The notes: generated by a model not told the origin, from the sequence alone. DNA of 63,632 nt, filler included, from Lama guanicoe (GCA_013239625.1; 152 parts of 152 records of this genome joined end to end with filler, not necessarily neighbours in it); one strand, 5' to 3'; counted from the first letter of the whole stretch, positions 25,131-36,904 are shown. Translations and numbers: made by a program.

Positions 25131-25449
25131 TGCTTGGCAGAGACCCCGTGTTCTCTAGGGCGCCTCGGAAATGGAAAAGCTTGTCCAGGTTAAAAGTTCT
25201 CCGCTGTGGCCGCTGTACTTAATCTTGGATAAGATAATCCTGCTTGTTCGGCCTTAAAACAAAGTTTTGTTCACCTGAGGCTTCATGCTGGGCCCCGTCG
25301 AGCTGAAGCTGGACGCAGTCTGACCCGGAACCAGTCTTGGTTCTAACTCGACTGCGGTCGGAACGTGGACCCGGTCCCGTTTCTAAGTCGGACCCGGTCC
25401 AGTTTTTCAGTCGGACCCACTCCAACTCTGGCCATTTCCAGACGAGTCT
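25131..25449 (-). mobile_element. Probable ERV1 internal fragment: leader with short tandem repeats and a degenerate gag matrix-like peptide
   Basis: About 22-23-bp imperfect repeats (gtcggacccggtccagttt) at ~25317-25425. Minus frame VQRPQRRTFNLDKLFHFRGALEN (25150-25218) resembles the gamma-type gag WPxxGTFxLxK motif. Confidence 0.5.
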
Positions 25450-26020
25450 NNNNNNNNNNNNNNNNNNNNNNNNNNNNNNNNNNNNNNNNNNNNTTAATTA
25501 ATTAANNNNNNNNNNNNNNNNNNNNNNNNNNNNNNNNNNNNNNNNNNNNACACAGACGGGCCGGGTCCTGTGGGGTCTGGAAACCTGCCTGTCACTCATG
25601 GTTCCGAGCGCCTCTACATCCCCACCTCTGATTAGTCACCTTATGTCCCAGCCCCATCCCCTCCCTTTTCTGATTGGAACTCCCCTTTTTAGGCCTTTAT
25701 CTTATCTCTCTAAGATACAAGTGGTCTTCTCACACTTTGCCTTAACTTCAGATTTTTCTTACCTTCATTCACTCCCACACAAACGTAGGAGGGATCTTTC
25801 TAAATGCAGTCTGACTGGGCCACTCTAGCTTTCAAGTAACAGGCGGAAAAGCCCTCTCCAAGCAAATANNNNNNNNNNNNNNNNNNNNNNNNNNNNNNNN
25901 NNNNNNNNNNNNTTAATTAATTAANNNNNNNNNNNNNNNNNNNNNNNNNNNNNNNNNNNNNNNNNNNNCTTGATTCTGATGATTCAACAGGTTAGCAATT
26001 AGAGGCCTTTCTTTTGTTTT

Positions 26021-26035
26021 CCAGTAGGTGGCGCT
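26021..26035 (+). promoter_or_regulatory. CTCF binding motif
   Basis: CCAGTAGGTGGCGCT fits the consensus CCASYAGRKGGCRSY at every position. Confidence 0.65.
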
Positions 26036-26814
26036 ACAGCACACATTTTTGGTTTTCTGAACGCCTCTGGTTACATTTGAGAGTTGGCACTTTCCACTTT
26101 CCACCGCCTCTTTCAGCGGTGTTGCCTGTGCCTCTGCGGTCACCGGTGCCTTGCTGTGGCTGGTGTCACTGGCCTCATTGCACAGGGCACTGGGATGGTG
26201 GACTCTTCCTCTGTATTGGGATCTCCTGGGTCTCAGGCTTGGTGGAGGTGAGGAGGTGGGAGGGGTTGGAGCTGCAACACCTCCGCCNNNNNNNNNNNNN
26301 NNNNNNNNNNNNNNNNNNNNNNNNNNNNNNNTTAATTAATTAANNNNNNNNNNNNNNNNNNNNNNNNNNNNNNNNNNNNNNNNNNNNTACGTGGCTCAGA
26401 GGATAACAAAACAGAAATCAATGAGCTCAAGCAGTCCCCTCCTACTTTCCAGGTCAGAAACCTGAGAAACCATGAATGGGAGCATATGAACCTCGAAGAT
26501 GCATCACCCCAGCTCTCTGAGATCTGTACTCCAGAAACACATTTGTTACCCTTTGCTGAGACACGGATCCCCGTCCGTGTGAATTTCATTTCCCCCAGAG
26601 GCCAGGATCGGATCTGAAACCTGAGTGAGGAAGTCTGGGAGAAAGAATTCTGTTAGAGAACAGAAAATCAGGGGAGACGGCTGAGAAAGACCAGAATCAG
26701 GGAGCCNNNNNNNNNNNNNNNNNNNNNNNNNNNNNNNNNNNNNNNNNNNNTTAATTAATTAANNNNNNNNNNNNNNNNNNNNNNNNNNNNNNNNNNNNNN
26801 NNNNNNCATGAAAC

Positions 26815-26950
26815 TTAGATTCCAATTCTAGTTTTATCTGTTAACAATGTGTGACCTTAGGGAAATTAATGAGATGTTCTGAGCCTTAGTTCTTCAAGTG
26901 AACATGGGAATTACTGTTCTTGTTAATGTGAATAATAAATGTGATACATT
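26815..26950 (+). mobile_element. MIR fragment
   Basis: tgtgtgaccttagggaaattaat...tctgagccttagttcttc...atgggaatta MIR core. Confidence 0.65.
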
Positions 26951-27719
26951 AAAATGTGAGTGAATGATTGCAATCGACTATGGGACTTTTGAGCACTTGA
27001 GTGATATAATCAGAACAAGATTTAAAGAAAATCATTCGGGCTCCTTCAGGAGAACAAATTGTCGGTGTCCAGAATAAAAGTGGAGCGACTCGGCAGGAGG
27101 CTATTGCAGTGAACCAAGAAGGAAANNNNNNNNNNNNNNNNNNNNNNNNNNNNNNNNNNNNNNNNNNNNTTAATTAATTAANNNNNNNNNNNNNNNNNNN
27201 NNNNNNNNNNNNNNNNNNNNNNNNNGGGACGTGGGACTGAGAACAGAGGGGCTGACGCGAGGTTCAGCTCGTGGAAGTGTTCTCTGGTCATGTTGGATTT
27301 CCCCTCCCCCTGCCCCACTTTGCTTTTTTTCCTTTATTTTGCATCTAAGTTTTCATTTTACCTTTGTGTTTGCAAACATGTATGCTCTTTTTGAGACCAT
27401 TTTCTATCCTGTGCTCTGTGTTGGTCAGGACCCCAGCAGGAAATAATTGCTGGGTTCTAGAAGGGCAGTTGAGAGACTTGGATGTGGGGACTGCAGACGG
27501 TCAAGGCTTAGGGAAATTACCAGGCAGGGAGCGTGCCCGGGGCANNNNNNNNNNNNNNNNNNNNNNNNNNNNNNNNNNNNNNNNNNNNTTAATTAATTAA
27601 NNNNNNNNNNNNNNNNNNNNNNNNNNNNNNNNNNNNNNNNNNNNTTTTTTATAAGGGATCATGAAAAAGTTTATTTTTCTTCTGCCTATCTGTAAGTCAG
27701 AGGCACACAGATTACTGCT

Positions 27720-27963
27720 TGATTGAATAACTAGGGACTAGAACCTAGCTAAGTTGCCATATAAAACTGACCATCACAGTCCACCCCTTGTGAACTGATG
27801 CCCATACACATCTCCTTAAGCCATATTTAATAATCAAATTAAGACAGTAACAGAGACATACCTCCCCCTAGAATGATATGACCATCCTGTGCACAATCGA
27901 AAGAGCACTAATCCTTTCCCCAGAAGAGTATTCAAAGTCCTTGGGTGATGTTCACTCTTCTTG
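27720..27963 (-). mobile_element. ERVL internal 3' end, polypurine tract and start of the MLT2-type 3' LTR
   Basis: Minus strand aaggggtggac PPT (27779-27789) directly followed by TGTGATGGT (LTR start at 27778); ctagctaagttgccatataaaactgaccatcaca matches the MLT2 terminus. Confidence 0.85.
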
Positions 27964-28197
27964 NNNNNNNNNNNNNNNNNNNNNNNNNNNNNNNNNNNNN
28001 NNNNNNNTTAATTAATTAANNNNNNNNNNNNNNNNNNNNNNNNNNNNNNNNNNNNNNNNNNNNTTTACTGTTATAATTCATAGGGGGATTTACATATATT
28101 GCTTACATTTGTTAACCATTAGTCAACATTCTTTTACAGAGAAAAGTAGAAAGTAAGCATTTTTTTAAACAAGTTGCCACACGCTATCATTCTGCAG

Positions 28198-28382
28198 TGT
28201 TACAGAAACTTGAATCCCATCAAGAGACCAAGTGATAATTGGAGTGTTGGAGAATTCAGGTTTATTATGCCAGTGGGCCCAGAGGAATTAACACTGCAAG
28301 CTCTGGACCACGTCTGTAGGTTTACACAGGCTTTTTATTAGGTTTTAGGTTTAGATTAAGTTCACACCTTATGCTAATGAGG
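28198..28382. mobile_element. LTR fragment, probably ERV1 class
   Basis: Begins TGTTAC; ttggagaattcaggtttattatgccagtgggcccagaggaattaacact...tttacacaggcttttta. Confidence 0.55.
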
Positions 28383-28549
28383 NNNNNNNNNNNNNNNNNN
28401 NNNNNNNNNNNNNNNNNNNNNNNNNNTTAATTAATTAANNNNNNNNNNNNNNNNNNNNNNNNNNNNNNNNNNNNNNNNNNNNAAAAAAAAAAGCGATACA
28501 AACCCAGAACAACAGATCGGGTGGTGCATAAAATCAAATCAGTGAATTT

Positions 28550-28801
28550 GCCTGGAATTGAGGGTTCTTCCTAAAATTCATGGCAAATAGATCAAATGAG
28601 CTCCGAGGAGTAGAGACGCGGACTGGAAGCCTGACCCACGAGTTCCAGCGGAAGCACGACAGGAGCTCCAGAAGGGAAAGCAGAGTGCGGGAAAGAAAGA
28701 CGCTACTCAGACTAACAATGCTGAGAAAATCCCCTGACATGAACAAAGATGAGCATCTTCAAGTGAAAAGGCCCGCTGAGCACCGAGGAGGGGAGAGCCC
28801 G
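28550..28801 (+). mobile_element. Highly decayed LINE-1/HAL1 ORF1-like fragment
   Basis: actaacaatgctgagaaaatcccctgacatgaacaaagatgagcatcttcaagtgaaaagg resembles ORF1 I(M)xENFPELxKDxNLQIERA. Confidence 0.45.
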
Positions 28802-28901
28802 NNNNNNNNNNNNNNNNNNNNNNNNNNNNNNNNNNNNNNNNNNNNTTAATTAATTAANNNNNNNNNNNNNNNNNNNNNNNNNNNNNNNNNNNNNNNNNNN
28901 N

Positions 28902-29218
28902 CATTATAGGTTACTATAAGATATTGAATATAGTTCCCCATGCTATACAGAAGAAACTTGTTTACCTATTTTATATATAATTGTTAGTATCTGCAAATCT
29001 AGAACTCCCAATTTATCCCTTTCCACACCCTCCCTTCCCCTGTAACTGTAAGATTGTTTACTATGTCTGTGAGTCTGTTTCTGTTTCTTAGAAAAGTTCA
29101 TTAGAGTCTTCCTTTTACTTTTTTTAGATTCCGTATATAAGTGATACCATATGGTATTTTTCTTTCTGGCTTTACTTCACTTAGAATGATGATCTCTAGG
29201 TCCATCCATGTTGCTGCA
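28902..29218 (-). mobile_element. LINE-1 3' UTR (antisense), relatively young
   Basis: cattataggttactataagatattgaatatagttccc...ttagattccgtatataagtgatacc...ttcacttagaatgatgatctctaggtccatccatgttgctgca. Confidence 0.92.
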
Positions 29219-29318
29219 NNNNNNNNNNNNNNNNNNNNNNNNNNNNNNNNNNNNNNNNNNNNTTAATTAATTAANNNNNNNNNNNNNNNNNNNNNNNNNN
29301 NNNNNNNNNNNNNNNNNN

Positions 29319-29637
29319 GAACAAAATGACAGCCTACGAAATGGGAGACAATATTTGCCAAACATGAGACTGACTAGGGGTTAATTTCCAGAATATAGAA
29401 ACAGATCATACAACTGAATAATCGCAAGACAACCCAATCCAAAAATGGGCAGAAGACCTCAAGAAGCAATTCTGCAATGAAGACATATCAGTGACCAATA
29501 AGAGGCACATGAAAAAAGGCTCAATGTTGCTAGTTACCAAAGAAATACAAGTCAAAACTACAATGAGGTGTCAGCTCACCTCAATTAGAATGGCCATCAT
29601 TGAAAAGTCCACAAAGGATCAACGCTACAGAGGCTGT
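29319..29637 (+). mobile_element. LINE-1 ORF2 C-terminal fragment
   Basis: QPTKWETIFAKH...[15 protein letters not shown]...[35 protein letters not shown]. Confidence 0.93.
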
Positions 29638-31832
29638 NNNNNNNNNNNNNNNNNNNNNNNNNNNNNNNNNNNNNNNNNNNNTTAATTAATTAANNNNNNN
29701 NNNNNNNNNNNNNNNNNNNNNNNNNNNNNNNNNNNNNAACTCAGTATTTTAGGCTGGGAGTAGATGCTGGAGAGACGTGATGACGGCAAGAAATGGAGAG
29801 TCAGAAAGGGGGCATTTGGTCTCCCAAGCGCCAAACCAAGAATTTGGGGATTTTAGTGAAGGAAAGTGGAAAGCACCTAATGCTACCCGGAGGCACTTGG
29901 AGGGCCTTTTTCGTCTCTCGTTAAGCATCCTAAGTGTCCTGCCCGAGGATAAATGTCTGCCTCCAAACCTATCAACTTTTTAAAACTAGTGCTGCTTTGT
30001 TTTCTGGCCTGCTCTTTAAGCCCGTGCGCCTTCACGTTCTCTTGTTTCGCCTGCTCNNNNNNNNNNNNNNNNNNNNNNNNNNNNNNNNNNNNNNNNNNNN
30101 TTAATTAATTAANNNNNNNNNNNNNNNNNNNNNNNNNNNNNNNNNNNNNNNNNNNNCCGGCTCCCTCTGACCCACGCCCTGCGTCAGGGAGGATTCCGCT
30201 GAGGAACAAACTTGATTCAGCCCCAGTGGATTTCAGTGGGAACCCGCCTGGCACGCCCTGTTTTGTGCATTAAACCGGATGGTTTGAGTTCACCACGGAG
30301 TCCAAAGCTGAGTTTGGCTCAGGACTGATTCCAAGGGCTGCCAAGTGCAGGGCATCTCCTTGTAAAGACACGTGGTGAACCGGGCAACGGTCCCAAAGTC
30401 ACAGATCCCGGGACTGCACCCCCGCCTCGCTTTGCTGTGGACTGTGAGCCGGCCCCGGCAGGGCTGGCCCCATAGNNNNNNNNNNNNNNNNNNNNNNNNN
30501 NNNNNNNNNNNNNNNNNNNTTAATTAATTAANNNNNNNNNNNNNNNNNNNNNNNNNNNNNNNNNNNNNNNNNNNNAAGCTGGGACCCCAAAGGCCATACC
30601 CACAGTATTGAGAGTGAAGCTGCCCTCCACTTCAGAGGAGAGTCGAATGTCTCCAATTTGGCTTAGGAGGAGAACTTCCAATAACACCAAAGTGACAATG
30701 GTCCTCATTATAGGTTTATAGCCTGAATCCACCCTACCTGGGTAATCTGAAAATTGAGAAGGAAATTTCGAGAGATCCCGGATTGGGAGGCCTTCTGGAA
30801 CCCTGGAAGACACAAGGACAAATCACCACTGGAAGAATAAATGACCTCATTTATTCCAGGCCTCAAAGAATTTCTGAAATAAAATTCCAAGAAANNNNNN
30901 NNNNNNNNNNNNNNNNNNNNNNNNNNNNNNNNNNNNNNTTAATTAATTAANNNNNNNNNNNNNNNNNNNNNNNNNNNNNNNNNNNNNNNNNNNNCCCTTC
31001 CCTGGGGGTTCTGTCCCAACCGTCCAGCTGGGGATGTCACGGGACCTCACTAATTACAACCCTCCCATCCCTGCTTCCCCGCCAGGCACACAAAGCCACC
31101 AGGCACCTTCCCTGTCCCCACAGCACCTATTGTCCTAGCCCACCTGATGGTGTTGAGCACAGTATTTTTTCTTCCCTGAGTTTATTACGCCACGACCACC
31201 TTGATGGGGCAGTCCTCAGTGTTCACCTTGGCTCTTCCGTACTATCCTTCAGGTCTCTGGACCTCGTTTCAGCATCTCACCAGCGCCTCCAGGTAGGAGG
31301 AGGGATGGAAGGCNNNNNNNNNNNNNNNNNNNNNNNNNNNNNNNNNNNNNNNNNNNNTTAATTAATTAANNNNNNNNNNNNNNNNNNNNNNNNNNNNNNN
31401 NNNNNNNNNNNNNTTCACCACGCAGAGAGTTTAAGATGGTGTGTTCCACATCTGGTAAATGGCGGAATGGAGTTAAAACTCACGTCAGCCTGAGTCTAAA
31501 CCTACATGCTTCCTGCCACAGCCCAGGCTCCCACGGACATGGCACGCGGGCCAGATGGAGCGGGGCGGCAGAGGCCCAACGCATCGTCCTTGACGGCAGC
31601 CTGAGGTGTCTCTAGTCTACAGGTAGCTACGACCTTTGTTACTAGTTAAGAGGAACTTGAGGCCCACAGAGAAGTCGCCGGCCTCGGGTGTAACAGCTGT
31701 TTTGCTGATTCCCTTCGGGGTTCTGTATGGAGNNNNNNNNNNNNNNNNNNNNNNNNNNNNNNNNNNNNNNNNNNNNTTAATTAATTAANNNNNNNNNNNN
31801 NNNNNNNNNNNNNNNNNNNNNNNNNNNNNNNN

Positions 31833-32151
31833 GGCAGACTTGGAGCTTGTAGTAAGGGCATTAAAATAGTTAAAAAATCTGCTACAAAATTTGTATTATC
31901 CACAGCAAGTTACATTACCGAACAGAGTGCTCTGGTGGCATTTTTAAGTCTCTTAAAACACGCAGCTACCTTTTGTTTTTTCAAACTAACTAAATAAGGC
32001 ACTGTCAGCCACTTTTTATTTTGTAAACCTAAAGAGAAGCTTCATTTGTAAGGCAGGAGGGTTTTCTGGTTTATACATGAGGCTGCATTTGCCTTTATTT
32101 TATGTTGCTGATTAATTCTAAGTATGCTTCACGTTTTCACTTATAGCTTCT
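31833..32151 (+). repeat. Near-duplicate of 32671-32989 (direct)
   Basis: Same end points, about 9 substitutions by manual count, 49 identical terminal bases at each end. Confidence 0.97.
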
Positions 32152-32271
32152 NNNNNNNNNNNNNNNNNNNNNNNNNNNNNNNNNNNNNNNNNNNNTTAAT
32201 TAATTAANNNNNNNNNNNNNNNNNNNNNNNNNNNNNNNNNNNNNNNNNNNNGGTCGGGTCGGTACACTTAC

Positions 32272-32353
32272 CCACCAGAAATCCGCCCAGGAAAGAGGCC
32301 AGCGCTGCAGCCAAGCACACCCACAGGTGCGGACGACCCCGGGACTTGGCCAT
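32272..32353 (-). CDS. NAALAD2: N-acetylated alpha-linked acidic dipeptidase 2, coding part of exon 1 (signal-anchor)
   Basis: GCCATGG start, [28 protein letters not shown] then GTAAGT donor (32266-32271). Human N-terminus as recalled: [28 protein letters not shown]. Confidence 0.93.
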
Positions 32354-32570
32354 GGCTTCGGCGGGGCTGCGCGGGAGACGCCGGCCGCCGGGGCGAAGCT
32401 CGGGAGCGCGGGCGAGCGGAGGGCGCGCGCCCGGGGACGCGGGGGCCGCCCAGGTCGCCGCCCACCTCGGCCGCCGCCGCCCGGGCGCAAAGCCCCGCCT
32501 CTGCCCTCCGGCTCCGTCCAGAAGCGGGTGCAAATCGGCCCCAAACTCCTGGCCCCCGTGAGCCCCGGGG
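32354..32570 (-). promoter_or_regulatory. NAALAD2: CpG-island 5' UTR/promoter of NAALAD2
   Basis: Very GC/CpG-rich sequence directly upstream of the ATG, with a GC-box-like GAGGCGGGGC. Confidence 0.75.
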
Positions 32571-32670
32571 NNNNNNNNNNNNNNNNNNNNNNNNNNNNNN
32601 NNNNNNNNNNNNNNTTAATTAATTAANNNNNNNNNNNNNNNNNNNNNNNNNNNNNNNNNNNNNNNNNNNN

Positions 32671-32989
32671 GGCAGACTTGGAGCTTGTAGTAAGGGCATT
32701 AAAATAGTTAAAAAATCTGTTACAAAATTTGTATTATCCACAGCAAGTTACATTACCCAACAGAGTGCTCTGGTGGCATTTTTAAGTCTCTTAAAATAAG
32801 CAGCTACCTTTTGTTTTTTCAGACTAACTAAATGAGGCACTGTCAGCCACTTTTTATTTTGTAAACCTGAAGAGAAGCTTCATTTGTAAGGCAGGAGGGT
32901 TTTATGGTTTATACATGAGGCTGCATTTGCCTTTATTTTGTGTTGCTGATTAATTCTAAGTATGCTTCACGTTTTCACTTATAGCTTCT
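32671..32989 (+). repeat. Near-duplicate of 31833-32151
   Basis: Direct alignment by eye. Confidence 0.97.
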
Positions 32990-33089
32990 NNNNNNNNNNN
33001 NNNNNNNNNNNNNNNNNNNNNNNNNNNNNNNNNTTAATTAATTAANNNNNNNNNNNNNNNNNNNNNNNNNNNNNNNNNNNNNNNNNNNN

Positions 33090-33408
33090 ACAAGAGAAAG
33101 GACCAAAACCAAATGATCATCTCAATAGATGCAGGAAATGCATATGACAAATTTCAACACACATGTATGATATAAATCTCACCAAAGTGGGCATAGAGGG
33201 ATTATATCACAGCTTCATGAAAGCTATAAATAACAAACCTATTTCCAGCATAGTACTCAACGGTGAGAAAGCCAAATTCCTCCTACTAAATTCTGGGAAA
33301 GTAAAAGTATGCACACTTTCATGACTCTTACACAAGATAGTTTTGGAAGACCTAGCCAGAGAAATCAAACAAGAGAGAGAAGTAAAAGGGATGCAAATTG
33401 GAAAGGAA
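33090..33408 (+). mobile_element. LINE-1 ORF2 reverse-transcriptase fragment, disrupted
   Basis: QMIISIDAGNAYDKFQH (cf. HMIISIDAEKAFDKIQH), SIVLNGEK, VLEDLAREIKQEREVKGMQIGKE. Confidence 0.93.
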
Positions 33409-33508
33409 NNNNNNNNNNNNNNNNNNNNNNNNNNNNNNNNNNNNNNNNNNNNTTAATTAATTAANNNNNNNNNNNNNNNNNNNNNNNNNNNNNNNNNNNN
33501 NNNNNNNN

Positions 33509-33827
33509 ATTGCACTTTCAAATCCTCCTGAAAGAAAGCTCATTCAGTTGTCCATTTGCAAATTTATGTATAATCTGAAATACTACCAAAGCCTGAAATC
33601 TCTCTTCCTTTCAATTAGCTAAACTAATTTTATTGTATCACAAAGTGTGAACAGATATTTTTACATTTCCTTTGAAAGTAAGTATGCTCATACAGTACAT
33701 TATCCTACAAGAACTATAATCTGTGTGTTAAATATAAAGCAATTTATTGTATCAGTTGGGATGTTTGTAACTGAATATATGACTCAACCTGACTGAATAA
33801 GAATATTTATTATCTAATATAACAACG
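33509..33827 (-). repeat. Near-duplicate (reverse complement) of 22617-22935
   Basis: Direct alignment by eye. Confidence 0.97.
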
Positions 33828-34765
33828 NNNNNNNNNNNNNNNNNNNNNNNNNNNNNNNNNNNNNNNNNNNNTTAATTAATTAANNNNNNNNNNNNNNNNN
33901 NNNNNNNNNNNNNNNNNNNNNNNNNNNAAAAAAAAAATCTTTGTAGAATTCAGCTCTTCAAGGTATGAAGATTTTCAGGCTGATTTAGTCCCTTCTAGTC
34001 CCTTCTCTGTTTACTGTTTCAGGAGGAACAACCATGTTTCCCTCCTAGTGATAAATGTAGATCGTTTCCCCCAGTTTTATACGTGCTCAAATCCTGTCTC
34101 CAGATAAAACATGTTTCTGTCATTCTTTCCCCTCCAGTGGAGCCAATGGCTCCTGTTCACTTTCCCCATAGCCTTTTGCTTATTTATTACTATTATTTTG
34201 CAAGGACATTACATCTTACTTAGGATCTGGGGCGGGGAGTTGGGGANNNNNNNNNNNNNNNNNNNNNNNNNNNNNNNNNNNNNNNNNNNNTTAATTAATT
34301 AANNNNNNNNNNNNNNNNNNNNNNNNNNNNNNNNNNNNNNNNNNNNGAAGCAGAAGTCCTCACCGACTTCGAGCTGGTGGGCATGTACCTCAATTTGAAG
34401 GATGTCCACGGGAGCAGTTTCTGCCGCTTCCTTTTTCACTTCACGCTGGCACATCTGGATCATTTGAATCTCGATGCAGTCATCTGCCAAAGTAGATTCT
34501 TCCCTCCTGATCATTAGACCACTCTAATTTGAGAAGCATGTTTCCTATGCCTTCAAGTAAGTGAATGATAAAAGCGTTCTTCTGGGCTTAATCGCATCAG
34601 AGCCCTTGGCTCACTGCTAATGACTTCCTCTCAGGTGGATATCAGCACATTAATCACCACTTATTNNNNNNNNNNNNNNNNNNNNNNNNNNNNNNNNNNN
34701 NNNNNNNNNTTAATTAATTAANNNNNNNNNNNNNNNNNNNNNNNNNNNNNNNNNNNNNNNNNNNN

Positions 34766-35084
34766 CTAGTTCAAAAAGATACATGCACCCCAATGTTCAT
34801 AGCAGCATTATTTAAGATAGCCAAGATATGGAACCAACACAAGTGTCCATGAAAGAACAAGGAAATATATATATGAAATATTATTCAGCCTTAAACAAGA
34901 ATGAAATTCTGTTTGCAACAATGGACCTAGAGAGTATTATGTTTAGTGAAATAAGTCAGACAGAGAAAAACAAACATTTTATATTATCACATATGTGGAA
35001 TCTAAAAAATGAAACAAATGAATGTATGTAACAAAACAGAAACAGACTCACAGATACAGAGAACAAGCTAGTGGTTACCAGTGG
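34766..35084 (+). mobile_element. LINE-1 ORF2 C-terminus and 3' UTR
   Basis: KDTCTPMFIAALFKIAKIWNQ...YYSALNKNEIL...DLESIMFSEISQTEK; atatgtggaatctaaaaaatgaaacaaatgaa. Confidence 0.93.
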
Positions 35085-36860
35085 NNNNNNNNNNNNNNNN
35101 NNNNNNNNNNNNNNNNNNNNNNNNNNNNTTAATTAATTAANNNNNNNNNNNNNNNNNNNNNNNNNNNNNNNNNNNNNNNNNNNNTTCAGAGATTTTCAGA
35201 CAGAAAGCTAAATTCTGTGGGAAAGTATTCTTTCCTTTAAAATCTATTTAGGTTGAAATCACAGCATATTATGTTTAAAGCAAGGAAAATAATCTTGGCA
35301 GTAGAAATAGGGTGTTCTTATTCTAAAACACATTCACATAAGTTTTGGGAAACAAGTCATAGTTTCATTGAATACATCCAAGTTCTAAAATTCCCTTGTT
35401 TAGAAAGACGCAAATTTGCAAATAGGAGGTGAAAGTTGGTTTGCTTTAGAACAAACAAAATCAACAAATCCATGACCCCATCTGAAGATCTTTGTGAGAC
35501 AGGNNNNNNNNNNNNNNNNNNNNNNNNNNNNNNNNNNNNNNNNNNNNTTAATTAATTAANNNNNNNNNNNNNNNNNNNNNNNNNNNNNNNNNNNNNNNNN
35601 NNNCAGAGAAAGTGACATGATGTGATTGGTATGATAAACAGTTCGTGCCGACTGTTGCAAAGAAAACTCTGGGGGCAGGTAAAGCAGTTGGGAGATTAGG
35701 GTTATTGACAATTGATGAACCAGGCAATATTCGAATTTAAAAAATCAAGCTTAATGTGATGTCCTGCTGGTTGGATGTGATGGCACATCAGTCTCTGGCT
35801 AGGGAGAGCCCAGGGTCCTTTCCCTGCGCTGGGGTTGCCTGCTCCATAGGTATCCCTCTTTGGAAAGATGGCAGGTTCTTAGTTCAGGATGTGTTGCTCA
35901 TGAAATAGTCTAGTCTTATTAANNNNNNNNNNNNNNNNNNNNNNNNNNNNNNNNNNNNNNNNNNNNTTAATTAATTAANNNNNNNNNNNNNNNNNNNNNN
36001 NNNNNNNNNNNNNNNNNNNNNNACGGGGTGCAGGTGCAGTTCCCATAACCTTATCTTGGGGGTGGAAGTGCTCTTCCCAACCCTTTGATTTTATTAGTAG
36101 AGTGGAGGGTGTGAGATGAACAGCAGCTTGTCTGCAAAGTGTCAGTGTCCATAGCAACGTGTATAGTACCCTGGAGACCCAGATTTCCTTGTGTTTAGGA
36201 ATCAAAATAGATACTATCCCCACCTGAGGAGGGCAGTTGTGTGATGCTGTTTCTTGTATTTGAGTTCACTTGTGCACTGATGTCATCCTCATCACCAGCC
36301 TCAACACTATCCTTGTCACCATCACCATCAACATTCTCATCNNNNNNNNNNNNNNNNNNNNNNNNNNNNNNNNNNNNNNNNNNNNTTAATTAATTAANNN
36401 NNNNNNNNNNNNNNNNNNNNNNNNNNNNNNNNNNNNNNNNNGGCTGTAGTCTTCAGGAAGGTCACCGGATAAAATAAAATTCTCAGCTTTTAGGTTGTGT
36501 ATTTTTTTCAGTCAATACTACTTATAAAATAAATATGCAATAATAGATTTTAAAATATACTTTCAGTAATAATAAATAAGAATATGCATAATAAAAGTAT
36601 ATTTTTCCACAATAGCAACAGAAAGATAAAGTACAGAACAACCTAATTAAAAAGTGTAGGGCATTTGTATGATGAATGCATTTAATGCTTATCTGAGGTG
36701 AAATTAAAAACTTTAAAAGAGTGGCCTTATAATGGTGAAATAATTATTTCCCAGTTGTTTNNNNNNNNNNNNNNNNNNNNNNNNNNNNNNNNNNNNNNNN
36801 NNNNTTAATTAATTAANNNNNNNNNNNNNNNNNNNNNNNNNNNNNNNNNNNNNNNNNNNN

Positions 36861-36863
36861 CCC

Positions 36864-36904
<41 letters not shown>

